From the NCBI RefSeq assembly GCF_006345805.1, contig NC_043009.1, positions 50,344,001 to 50,408,000 of the forward strand: a stretch of DNA of 64,000 nucleotides. The letters run 5' to 3'. Shown in pieces: positions 41,831-54,134 of this stretch. Source of the DNA: Octopus sinensis (lineage: Eukaryota). The first letter of the stretch is position 1. The number at the start of each line of letters is the position of its first letter. The position numbers and the translations under genes are program-made. Below the pieces are notes generated by a model. That model had not been told where the DNA came from. It did no database searches and worked only from the letters and a program-made list of their open reading frames with translations.

Positions 41831-42285
41831 ATAAACACATGTATACACACACTCATATATATATATAATAGAAATATGTTACGAAAAGAAAATATAAAAT
41901 ACATGTGGAAATGTAAGGGTAAAATATGAAAAATCAACGAAAATGCATATTGCAAATAGAAAAAGGGTATTTATGACAGGTAACGACAAATATATACATT
42001 TAGATTGACTGAGGTATTGCACAAGATATAATAGAGTATCTGATCCAGCTGGTTGAATAACGAGGTCTAACAAACTGCCCTCTACATTACCACAATTTCT
42101 TTGCCTTGCCTATGTTTGTTTCAAAGATAGATGGGTATCTTGGTCACATCAATTTTGTCAGTTTGGAAGCCCTGACTTGCAAAGAAGATAAGAACTACTA
42201 CTCCTGTTCTGAATAACTTATGGAGGAAAAAAAAAACGTTACGACAGCCAGCCTTCAATTCATGGTCCACCAATGTCTTGCTTCA

Positions 42286-42489
42286 TTAACTAATTTTCAC
42301 TGTTCTGTACTCCACTGACAGTACATCCTGAGTTACACATGTGGTCACTTCCCCACCCCCACTGCCATTGTCACTTCCTGCATCTGTGAAACCGTTACTA
42401 TTTAAATTACAATCTTCAGTACTTCTTAGAAAGCTGTGGAACAACGGATGAGAAGCTATTATTTCTAAATCATACAGATAGTCAACAGC
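42286..42489 (-). CDS. Candidate exon ending in a stop (67 aa), unidentified
   Basis: atcttttctcag|AVDYLYDLEIIASHPLFHSFLRSTEDCNLNSNGFTDAGSDNGSGGGEVTTCVTQDVLSVEYRTVKIS*. It lies in an 85-codon stop-free, non-repetitive frame. Confidence 0.3.
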   Translation of the reverse strand, partial: AVDYLYDLEIIASHPLFHSFLRSTEDCNLNSNGFTDAGSDNGSGGGEVTTCVTQDVLSVEYRTVKIS

Positions 42490-42734
42490 CTGAGAAAAGA
42501 TTGCTTTAACCAGGTTGACTTTCTCAAGACAAACTACATATTAATGCACTTAGTCCTTCAAAAGCATCATAATATATTCAACCACCATCATTATCACTTT
42601 CATCTTCACCATTAGGTTCTTCATTTGCTTAACCAAGGCGGCAAGTGATGGACGAAAACTTAAGATAGCATTTTTATATTTGGGTGTCCTTTGTGTCACC
42701 TGTTTTTCAAGTAAAAATATTTATTCCACTGGTC

Positions 42735-43190
42735 TTCATTATCATTCTAACATATGTTTTTCGCATACTGGCATAGGTTAAATGGATCTGCCACAGAGCA
42801 TAGCATTACTTATTATACAATTACTTATCATTTCATTTGTGGGTCCCAGTATCCCGAGATCTAAATTTATCACTTCTTTCCTTGCCTTCTTGTAGTGAGT
42901 ACCTTCAACTACATTTACATATCATGTTAAACAAGTGTAACACCTCTCTCGCATATATTTAATGCCAAGTCACTTTCTCAGTTCACTTGTGCTCCACCTT
43001 TCATGCAAGTTAATAAAGCACATCAAACAAATCATACACAACTCAGTTATTGCCAGCCTTTACAGATCTTTTGCACTTAATACCCATGTCTCCTTGCCAT
43101 GCAATGTCATGCATCTTACTCATACATTCTACCTTTGAGAAAAAGAAAACCATGTTGCCATTAGAGGTAGTAGCGCACTAAATTTCTTCC
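42735..43190 (-). mobile_element. Decayed RTE-clade LINE, 3' end of ORF plus tail
   Basis: Minus strand reads KKFSALLPLMAT...LHGKETWVLSAKDL*RLAITELCMICLMC...ELRK*LGIKYMR...KKARKEVINLDLGILG (cf. RTE LYGSETW...LERTEMSMLRWMC). It ends in a family-D-like tail aacctatgccagtatgcgaaaaacatatgttagaatgataatga. Confidence 0.8.
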
Positions 43191-44010
43191 TCAATATTTT
43201 TTTTTTATTCTAGCTCCCGTACTATCACTACAAACACTTCCAGAATTTGTGTTGTCATGAATGCATGCATGCACATGAATACAAGTACACAGGTAAAAGT
43301 ATATATATATTATTTTACATACCCTATGAATGCATATATTACATGCACACATTTGCATATTCTTTCTGTCGCTTTCTTTCTCGCATACATATACAAATGC
43401 TATTATGGGTGTGCATATATAGGTATATGTGAGAGAGGTAGAGAGGGAGAGGTGGGGAGAGAGAGAGAGAGAAAACCCATCTATCAGATCTGCCAAACAA
43501 TGCTAACCTTACATGAAGTTACTAACAAGGAATAAAAGAAAACAAATATTCACAAAGTAGTAAAAACAAAAAAAAAAACAAAAATAGTAATTGTTGTGGA
43601 ACTTCTATTGCAGTTCTCCAAATGAGATGAAATACAGATACCACTTTTAACTATAAAGTGTTATAACCAGTCAGTACTAAGCCATAGTTTCATATCCATT
43701 TAGAATAAGATTATAATTTCCCCCCAGTTAAGATGTCAGTCTATTATAGGTAACATTTCCCAACAGATGATTCGAAACCTGTTCTTGAAAGGTGCATCAA
43801 ATAAGTTATCTAGAAATAAATATTCTACCTTCGAGGCAACATATTAATAGAGTGAAAAGTTTGCAGGGCTGTTGTTAATCTTATATAGCTGCTCCGTAAT
43901 TCATTTATGTTACAAGCCAAAAATGTACTTATTATTTCTAATGTAGACATTCAACCACACATTTTGTGATAATATCAAGATTTGAATGGTATTTATGTTA
44001 ACCTCAGAAT

Positions 44011-44593
44011 CAGTGGTACTCAACCAGGGTCCATATGACTCCTAAGAGTCTATATAAAATTTTGAGGGTCTAATCAACAAAATAGTAAACTGGGGATCCA
44101 CAATATTATATTAGGATCTTTTCTAAAAGATGGACAGAATTTCTACTTAACTAAATAAACTTCGTATACTGGTAGAATGTGTCAAAAGAAAACATTAATT
44201 TCAATTAGTTTTTTTGAGAAAATTGTATTTTGTAACTTTTACGTAGTTTAATTCTTCGAATTTTAACCAATGAAATCCCAGCATTTAAGCTAAATTCAGT
44301 TGCTGTGTCTAAGTAAACAGCAGACACACACACACGCACGCATGTTTAAGATCCCCTGAAAAAGTTTTGCTCTAAATGTATGCATTGGTGTGTATTGCAA
44401 GAATCAGCCTGGTTTCTTTCTCTAACATTTTACATAGTTCAACCATCACAAGTTAATGTTAGTAAAACAAAACAGGAATTTTGAAAGAAGTTTCTATAAA
44501 GCTAGCTTTTCAACATCATATGGCTATGGGGATTTACCAGAATAGAATAGCAATCAAAGGGATTCACAGATAAAAAATGGTTGAGTGTTCTTG
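44011..44593. mobile_element. Non-autonomous hAT (Charlie/MER5-like) DNA transposon
   Basis: Left end cagtggtactcaacc, degenerate right end ggttgagtgttcttg. Exact 8-bp TSD ctcagaat at 44003-44010 and 44594-44601. Confidence 0.8.
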
Positions 44594-45989
44594 CTCAGAA
44601 TGATGAAAAGCAAAGTCAACCTTAGTAGATATATTACAGAAATTGGAAAAAATACCTTGTGGTATTTCTTTTGGCTCTTTACATTCTGACTTTAAATTCT
44701 ATTTAAGTTAACTTTGTCTTTCATCCGACTGCAGTTCAGTACTGGGGAGCAATGGTAATAGCTAACTTACTCCTGCAAAATTACTAATCTGGTGCTTAAA
44801 TTAGAAATAATAATAATAATAATCATAGCTGAAGCCAATACTTTATGATGTTCTCACATATTCCCATTTTAGTTCTGACTAATGCTCCTAAACATCACCA
44901 CTGAATATTGTAGCCATCTTCACCTGCTGTGTAGGTAATTGTATTTCTAATGGGACTTGACTCCAGGGGGTGGTAAGTATCACAAGCTAATGTCTATAAA
45001 TCAGCAAATAAAAGGGACTTACTACCAACGGAAATCTAGGGCACAGCCAGAAGTATTGTTTTTATTCTAATGGTCACTAAAAGTGCATATAAAGAAAAAA
45101 ATATATACATCAAAGGTCAGGGCTATTAGCAGTGGGTGGAAGGGACTCTGTAAGTCCCCCATTTTCATCAAATATGACATATGATCTATCTACCTAAGCT
45201 AAATTGGAGTAAATGACCAGATGCCAGAAAGAAAACAACAACAACAAAACAAAATAACCAAAGGGTGTGAAATGAGAGGTGTGAAACAGACTCCCTTCTC
45301 ACCTTCTACTAAATAATAAATAAGGGAATATATGGGAAAATACAGAAGAGACCAAAAAAAAAAAGAAAAAAAAAGAAGGATTATGGAAAATTGCAACATT
45401 ACACTTTTAAGATGTCATTTATTTCCTTTATTAGCTCCTTTGTGACAATGGTATAGTCCAACTAAGTCACACAAGACATTCATCACACCAAGCAATCATT
45501 TCACTCCAACAATACAAACATCAAACAATGTGGGGAAAAAAAAAAACATCAATTTGGTTTCTCAGCTTGCTAGAAATAACAGCAGCATCTACCTCAAATC
45601 ACACCTTTCTGTCTTAGAAAAGAGTTCACGAGATGTATTTCCATATAAACCTAAGACTAACAAAATTATTGCAGCTGAAATCACTTTGACTGTAGGTCAG
45701 CTCTTTCAGGCTTGACATGAAGCCAACCAACTACACTTCACCAAGAAAGCCTTATATGTGGTTACTTGAGTTATTAGACATAGCAACAGAATCTCCCTCA
45801 AATACAGCCTACTATCTTGAAATGAGAAGGACCTTGTGAATAATGTTGTCATATGTATCAGTGATATGTATCAATAAGAGTGATACTAAGCTTGTAAAGT
45901 GTCACCATGGATCAGAACTCTTTCTTCAGCCAGATCAAAAGAGGAAAACAAGTCAACTGTTTCAAATTTTCTTGTTTACATTAAGATAG

Positions 45990-46080
45990 AGACTTGAAGA
46001 TGTCTGTACCACTCCAAAACGAATTATTCTCAACACTCCAAAAGCAAAGTTTGAGAAGTCATTAAACAAACATGAAGATG
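45990..46080 (+). CDS. Candidate plus-strand exon
   Basis: tag|[30 protein letters not shown]+G|gtatat. Weak acceptor. Confidence 0.15.
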
Positions 46081-46097
46081 GTATATAAAGATCTGAA

Positions 46098-46199
46098 TAC
46101 ATATATATACATACATACATATATATATATACATACAACATACATACATACATACATACATACATACATACATACATACATACATACATACATACATAC

Positions 46200-46235
<36 letters not shown>

Positions 46236-46236
46236 C

Positions 46237-46267
<31 letters not shown>

Positions 46268-46335
46268 CACACATATATATACATATACAATATATACATA
46301 TACATATATATATACATATACATATATACATATAC

Positions 46336-46368
<33 letters not shown>

Positions 46369-46431
46369 CATATACATACATACATATATAATATACATAT
46401 ACATACATACATATATATATACATATACATG

Positions 46432-46475
<44 letters not shown>

Positions 46476-46477
46476 TA
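46098..46477. repeat. Compound (TACA)n/(TA)n microsatellite
   Basis: Direct reading. Confidence 0.95.
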
Positions 46478-46619
46478 TTCTACATCTGCTGATTACATAC
46501 ACACACAACAGATTGTAAGATATTTTATTTGCAAAGTTTTAATAAGTGGGTTCTGAATCTTCATTACACAGGCATAAGTATACAAGTTTGCTATGAGGGT
46601 GTACATGCATAAGGGTCAA

Positions 46620-46760
46620 TATGCAAAGCCATCCGCTGATAGAAACCATACCAAAGCAGACATTAGAGCTTGATACAGTCCTTGGTCCCATCAGATTCTG
46701 TCACACTATCCAATCCATCCATGTCAGCATGAAATATGGGCATTAAATGCTGATGGTGAT
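46620..46760 (+). mobile_element. Old family D-related fragment
   Basis: gccatccgctgatagaaacc...atccatgtcagcatgaaatatgggcattaaatgctgatggtgat. Confidence 0.5.
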
Positions 46761-47588
46761 ATATGTATGTGTGCATATGCTTACATGAGCACACATATGC
46801 AGTCACAAACAGATGTGCACACACACACACAGATATACATACAAACATACAATGGCAGACACACACAATTTATTTCCATCCCTGCAAAGCTGAAGGGTGA
46901 GATAGTTCTGCAAATACAGACATCTAGATAGTTTTTCAAAAAATAAATAGACAGGAAGGAAAGATAAAAAAAAAAGAAAAGGAAAATAGTTGGAATTATT
47001 TTGTGGACATTAGAACATTGTTTTCCTATTATAGACAAACATATTCCTTTTTATCCTCTAGCTTTGAAGAGCCACAAATTGATATTGTGTTTGGGTAACA
47101 ATGAAAATGTTTATTCTTATGGTTAGTCATCCTTATTAATGCAAACCCTTAATTTGTGATACTGGGAGGGGCTGATGATTATTTCCAAACAGACATTAGA
47201 TTTGGGCAAGTAGAGTGCAGATAGGATGTACAGCTGACAAACTGAAAACAAAGCCTGCTAGTTTAAAGAAGCCCCTGCTTCACCCAGTAGTGTCCAGCCC
47301 CCTTAAACACACACTCAATCATTATGATTCTATAAAACGACCTCAACCATTGGTGGCATAGGAAAGTGAACAAATACTATTACCAAGTGTGTGTGTATGT
47401 GTTTATGTATGTATGTATGTATGTATATATGTATGTATGTATGTATACATATATGTATATATATATATAATCACTGCTAAGCACATACACACTGTATTAG
47501 AGTCAAAGAAACATCCAGAATTATTCTCTTTAAATTGATTAGATGATGCCAACTGGAAAATATATCTAGGGCCAAAGAGTGTGTATGT

Positions 47589-47624
<36 letters not shown>

Positions 47625-47994
47625 ACATAAAGCATGTATGTATGTAATGCAATGTGTCTAAGAGTGTGCATAAATATACACAAATGTGTACATTTACACA
47701 TTCTTCACTCTCACACACACACACAGTCACACAAGCACACACATACACACTTCGATATTATACACACCCAAGCAATTGTGACCATAGATGTCACAGTGAT
47801 AATCCATTGTAACTCTATCAGATGGTCAAGTTGACCACTATCACACAGAACAGACAAAACTAAACAAAACACACTGAAAACGAAAGTGACTAACTGTAAT
47901 AATGTGAGGCATTGTTGTTGCGATTGTTGTAGTTGTGGTGACAGTAATTTATCCACAACAATGACAGAACAGTTACTGTTGGTAACAACAATCA

Positions 47995-48106
47995 ATGATG
48001 ATGATGATGTTGAGGAGGAGTCGGAGGCGGATGATGAGGAGGATAGTAGTGGTGGTAGTAGTGATGGTAATATTTATGATTTCTAACTTTGGCACAAAAA
48101 CAATTA

Positions 48107-48190
<84 letters not shown>

Positions 48191-48200
48191 TGATGATAAT
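47995..48200. repeat. Cluster of triplet repeats (GAT, GAG, TAG, CTA, ATA)
   Basis: Direct reading. A further (GAT)n lies at 48415-48484. Confidence 0.9.
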
Positions 48201-48278
48201 AAAGTTCTGGACTTATTTGCAAAGTCCATTGTTTTATTATTTATTGTTGTTGTTGCTGTTTCCTCCACCCCTCTACAG

Positions 48279-48318
48279 ACCAGACCCTAAAACGAAGGGG
48301 AAGTGAAAGGGGGAGGAT
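48279..48318 (+). CDS. Candidate 40-nt plus-strand exon
   Basis: tttcctccacccctctacag|AC CAG ACC CTA AAA CGA AGG GGA AGT GAA AGG GGG AGG AT|gtaagc. Only one frame is open (QTLKRRGSERGR). Confidence 0.2.
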
Positions 48319-48778
48319 GTAAGCAATTAAACACTGCAATGCTTCATGACACAAACAGAATAGTTATCATTGATGTATGTGAGAAGGGACAGTGTCTGTC
48401 ATAATAATAAGGACCATGATGATGATGACGATGATGATAATGAATATGATGATAACGATGATGATGATGATGATGATGATGATTGCTCCTATCATACGTG
48501 AATCATGGAAGTGGAGGGGGGTTCGGGAGTACAGTAAAAGTTAACACAAAACAAGCCAGGAGCAGGATGGTTGGCAAACGGTGTTGGTGGTAGTGGTCAT
48601 TTTGAAGAACTGGCTGGTAAATACTCAAGAGGAAATGGTTACTGCCAAGAGACTGGAAGACAATTGATATTGTTGTTGTTGCTGCTGTTGTTTGTGTGAT
48701 ATCGGTGATAGTGGTGTGTTGAAACCAGAGGTTATGTCATGTAACAATCCTTAGCAAAGGAGGATGGGTGAGAGGAAG

Positions 48779-48847
<69 letters not shown>

Positions 48848-49338
48848 AAGACTTTAGACATAAAATTTTTTTTTCAAGCTCAAAATGACTGTCTGATTGG
48901 TCATTTAGTTGGTTGTTGTTGAACTTTAGGTTAGTGGTGATCAAGCAGACCTATGATCAAAGACATCCCACACATGACCATCCAACTTTTTTCTTAGACA
49001 GTGCAACTAGCAACTAGCAACTCGCTATTGAATGTGTCCTTTTTTTTTTTCCTTGTGATGCAAAAGTGCATTTTGAAAAATGGTTAGCAACAGCATAGAT
49101 GCTTTTAGGGACTGTTGGTGCAGCTGATGGTGCATAGGAACCAGAAGTTCTTGAGCACAAAAACTATTTGTCCTTTGATAAGTAATTTCAATCTTGAACA
49201 CCTTGTTAAAAATAATAACTAAATTAGGTGGAAAACTGTTTATGATACCCAACCAGAATAGGATATTTTAGAAAGGAGAAAAGTCAGAGGGGCAAATGCA
49301 AAACATGAGAAATAAAGACTAACAAAATGTAAGACAGG

Positions 49339-49508
49339 TACGTTCTGGGTTCAAATTCCGCCGAGGTCGACTTTGCCTTTCATCCCTTCGGGGTCGATAA
49401 ATTAAGTACCAGTTACGCACTGGGGTCAATGTAATCGACTGAATCTGTTTGCCTGTCCTTGTTTGTTCCCTCTATGTTTAGCCCCTTGTGGGTAATAAAG
49501 AAACAGAT
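49339..49508 (+). mobile_element. SINE family C, 5'-truncated
   Basis: gttctgggttcaaattccgccgaggtcgactttgcctttcatcccttcggggtcgataaattaagtacc...agccccttgtgggtaataaagaaa. Confidence 0.88.
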
Positions 49509-49558
49509 ATATACTAGCAAAGGAGAGGGAGGGATAGAAAAACAAGAAGTGGTGATGA

Positions 49559-49599
<41 letters not shown>

Positions 49600-50496
49600 C
49601 AGACAGAAAGCAAGAGAAAAATAGCAATGAAAAAAAAAGTAGAAAAGAGACCATAAGACTGGAGAATAGTTCTATAAAGGAATAAAAAAATAAAAATAAA
49701 TTATTTTTTTAATGGATTAAAAATTTTATGTTTGAGAGAGAAGAAAGAGAGAGAGAGAGAGACAGAGAGAGAGAGACAGAGAGAGAGAGACAGAGTGAGT
49801 GAGTGAGTGAGTGAGTGAGTGAGTGAATAGGAGAGACTTTGTATATATGAATATAATATTAAAACAAACATTAAAAAAATACATCAAAACATGAGAATAG
49901 CAGTGAAAGAAAGAGAGAGAGAGAGAGAGAGAGACTCTTAAATACAAAGTCTGAGAGGTGTGTTTTTGTGTTTCTTTTCATGCCAGTTTCTCATGCTCAG
50001 TTACTGAAGTCTATTTTATCCAGCAAGTGAATTTGTCTGTTCATGTTTATTAAGATCAATAATTAGTTAACTGTAGAAATACTGTTATCACATCTTGGTT
50101 AATTTCCAATTTGTCATTTCACATTCCCTATAGAAGCTGCAGTATGTAAGCAAACAATACACATGGACATTATGTTTACATTACACATATTTGTCCATAC
50201 ATGTATACACTACTTACATACATACATACATACATTAAATACATACATACATCGAATATATATACATAGACACAGATGTACATATACATAAACCAGAACA
50301 TGCAAATACTTAGATATGTATATAGCACAAATATTTACATACATTCACATAACACATGTACATACATATCCTTAACATTTATATATATATGTACATATAG
50401 CACATATATTTACAATTATGCACAGACATATATATGCATTTGTATTTATGTATGTGTGCAAATGTTCCAATAACATTTATATATATGTAGATATAG

Positions 50497-50593
<97 letters not shown>

Positions 50594-51258
50594 TATATAT
50601 ATATATGTGTGTGTGTAGATATATATAAACAATAATTACATTCACACAGATCTATACATGTGTATATATCTATGTATATGTGCATACGCATGTAAGTATT
50701 TCTGTGTACATGTGTTCCATGGGTATGAATGTATATGCATATCTGATCATAATGTGTGTATATGTAAGCAAATGCACTTACATAGACACACGTTTTTGTT
50801 TTTTAAATCCACTTTTTCCTATCAGCAAAATTTTAATCAGTAGACGAATGTTACACAAGTACATGTGAACTCTACAAAAAATGTCAACATGTAAGATGCT
50901 AATTATTCTAATAATTATAATTAATTACTGTTGGGTTGGATCATTAGTGCCAAAACAAAAAGAAGTTGTTTCAATCCCACTGTAAACGAAGGACTTTTTC
51001 TTACGACAAATAAAAAGTTGTCTCATAAACATACACACATACACAAAAGGCCAGGAATTCAATTCTGATAGTTGTCACATAAAACCCAATGCTTACAGAA
51101 TATGATATGTCCTGCTGGCCACAGGCTTGAATTTTCTGACCATTGTCACTTTAGATAAAACAGGAAAATACCTTTGGGACATGTATGTTCAACAGAAAGA
51201 GCATTCAGTCTTGAAAGTTCCTGCTTTATGGAGGAGTGTGTGCGCGTGTGTGTGTGTG

Positions 51259-51316
<58 letters not shown>

Positions 51317-51646
51317 GCGTGCATGTGCGTGTGCATGCATGTGTGTGTGTACTGAGCTGGTCAAGGAAAATTATCCCAAAATTATTAATAAAACTCCTTT
51401 AAATGCTGAAATACCTAAGATGAGTTCTTAAGATTATTATCCTAAGTGGTTAAGCAAATAATAACATTATTACTACCTCCACTTTAGAAATAAAAACTCT
51501 TAATCCAATCTGGTATTATGTACATATTGATATACAAGCACCTGATAATGACTAGAGATAAAACCACTCAAAATACAGTGTAAATGTAAATATTGAAAAC
51601 AATGTTTAATAGAATAAAGAAAGTTATAAACATAACATCTTTAATT

Positions 51647-51859
51647 ATCATCATCATTTAACGTCTGCTTTCCATGCTGGCATGGGTTGGACGGTTCAAC
51701 TGGGGTCTGGGAAGCCAGAAGGCTGCACCAGGCCCAGTCTGATCTGGCAGTGTTTCTACAGCTGGATGCTCTTCCTAACACCAACCACTCCATGAGTGTA
51801 GTGGGTGCTTTTTACGTGCCAGACAGGGCTGGCAGACGGCCACGATCGGATGGTGCTTT
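51647..51859 (-). mobile_element. Family D element
   Basis: atcatcatcatttaacgtctgctttccatgctggcatgggttggacgg... matches the 34442 and 63780 copies. Confidence 0.88.
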
Positions 51860-51887
51860 AATAAGGTAGTAATATATAAAGAAGTAT

Positions 51888-52092
51888 AAGGCAGTGAGCT
51901 GGCAGAATCATTAGCCTGCCATGCAAAATGTTTATCAGTATATTGTCTATGTTTAAATTCTGAGTTCAAATTTTGCCACGGTTGACTTTGCTTTTAATCC
52001 TTTTGGGGGTTGATAAGGTAAGTACTAGTTGATTACTGGGGTAGCTGTATTGTATTTGACTTGCCCCTCCCTTGAAATTGATAGTCTTGTAC
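51888..52092 (+). mobile_element. Old family C-related SINE
   Basis: aaggcagtgagctggcagaatcattagc head, gagttcaaatt B box, gactttgcttttaatccttttgggggttgataag. Confidence 0.75.
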
Positions 52093-52530
52093 TGGTTCAA
52101 GGCCTCATCAACTTTTTCAAGTTTCACTTGAAAAGGAAGATGAGGTTAGAGAGGAGAGTGCTGTCTGATAGCAAGTTTTCTGAAAGGTGGGTGAATTGTG
52201 CAAGAATGGCCAGTATAAATGGACCAATTCTGAGGTTTCGCCTGTAATTGAAAAAGGTATTATAAAAGGAGAAAGGGGCTCTCTACCCCACTTTTGACCA
52301 GGTTCCCATGGCTTTTATGGGTTTTTCCACGTGAGACCTCTTCTTTTTTTCGAAGCGTCTCCTCTATTGGGAGTTTTGTAAATTGTTAAATTTTTTCGTT
52401 GTTGTAAAGCTTGTTTACACGGACTTATTTCTTTCGAAAAATGGACAAAACCTTTTGTAACCTTTTGTCCTGTTTTGTCCCTTTATGTTTTTCCAGTCAT
52501 GTTTGTCAGCCCTTGTGGCCAATAAAAAGA

Positions 52531-52531
<1 letters not shown>
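52093..52531 (+). mobile_element. 5'-truncated Tx1/L1-like LINE: ORF2 C-terminus, 3' UTR and tail
   Basis: Reads QGLINFFKFHLKRKMRLERRVLSDSKFSERWVNCARMASINGPILRFRL* (stop at 52245-52247), resembling the F...L..K.R.ER......F..RW end of Tx1 ORF2. A T-rich UTR ends agcccttgtggccaataaaaagaa followed by (ATT)n. Confidence 0.65.
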
Positions 52532-52572
<41 letters not shown>

Positions 52573-53122
52573 GAGTGAGAGAGCAGTTCATGCCATCAAA
52601 GTGACACTGGGGTAAAATATACGAAGCCCAATATACCCATCATGACTACCCGTCTGATAAAGGTACACCAGGCACATGCATCACAACCATATGTGCGCGA
52701 CATGGTGATCTCATATCAAGATAAACAGCACATGACCTTGCAGGTGGAGCCCAGTTAGAATTTTCTTCAGGTTGAGTAGCCCATCCCGCTCAAACGGTCC
52801 CTGAATAAGGGTTGTTTAAGGATGTTGAAAGAACCACCCATGTTTCCAGAGGTGAACTATTCAAACCCCAAAGAATCCCTCTCAACACATGGCTATGATG
52901 CTCCCCCACTACTTCTGCTCGTGATCAGAGATGCACATATCGTCAGCCACTAAGGGACATGCTCAACTGGTTAAGGTTAAACAACTGACAAGCAAATCTG
53001 TGGTATTGAGCAGAATATTTGCTGTAGCCCATCTTTTATACCAAGACAAAACAATGTACATGATAACACTTCCAATCAGTTAAGATCAGAAGCCATGAGA
53101 GCCACTGCCTGGTAATGCATCA
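52573..53122 (-). mobile_element. Family E, ~550-bp non-coding interspersed element embedded in (ATT)n
   Basis: Collinear second copy at 60329-60846. (ATT)n on both sides. Confidence 0.85.
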
Positions 53123-53482
53123 ATTATTATTATTATTATTATTATTATTATCATTTTTAGCCACAAGTCAGATCTAATCAAGCCAACTGATGATCAAAAT
53201 TGTTCCATCAGTGAAAATCCTTTATTTTATTCATTTTTATTTTTATTTTTGAGCATAATGTATCTCAGGAATATATTACACTTTGTGTCACTCCATTCAG
53301 TGATGTTATTTGTGAAGGATTTTTTGCAGCCATTCCTAATGGCTAAACAACAATATAAAGACAGCCTCATCTGCTCATATGCATACATGTGCGTGTGTAA
53401 TGTATATATATATATGTAATGACAAGGCCATGCTTTAGAGTTAGAAAAATCACTAGCTGTATAAAAACTTGACCAAAATTAC

Positions 53483-53518
53483 CAAGAGATGAACTTTCGA
53501 GAAGTTTTCGTGCAAATA
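53483..53518 (-). CDS. Candidate 36-nt exon
   Basis: Long polypyrimidine tract ...tttcttttatttgtatatgtttag|TATTTGCAC...CATCTCTTG|gtaatt. Phase 0 reads YLHENFSKVHLL, but all three frames are open. Confidence 0.3.
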
Positions 53519-53944
53519 CTAAACATATACAAATAAAAGAAATACAAAAAAAAAACAAAAAAACTTGATAGACTCTTTTCACACTTCAATCCTCAAGATG
53601 GTTGATATTGGCTTTTCTTTTATCATGGTTTCATCAACAACATCTCCAAAGTCTATGTTTTATGGTTATAGAATTTCCCCCCTATATATTTATTTATTTA
53701 TGGTTAAACATTATAGTGACAGTGTATCTCTTAAATTATCAAACAATAACAAAGCGAACAACTTGTAAAGCGTCTAAATTATAAAATAGAGCCATCGAGT
53801 CACCGACGGACAAAACGCGTTAGTTGTGAAACATGTGCATGTGTATGCACACCTACACACATAAATACACATTCACACATACAAATATGCATATACAGAT
53901 GCATGCACATTAATATATGTAACAAATGCATATATGCTTACACA

Positions 53945-54098
53945 AGCATACATATATATGTATGTATGTATATATATATTATATATATATAATATATATA
54001 TAATATATTATATATATTATATATATATATATATTATATATATGTATGTATGTATATATATATATATATTATATATATATATATATATATTATATATG

Positions 54099-54132
<34 letters not shown>
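53945..54132. repeat. Interrupted (TA)n microsatellite
   Basis: Direct reading. Confidence 0.95.

Positions 54133-54134
<2 letters not shown>

Noticed and set aside
53100-53122. Similarity of the family E 5' end (ttaccaggcag) to the U1 snRNA 5' end
   Set aside because: Only about 11 nt with a mismatch, and no further collinear U1 sequence or Sm site.
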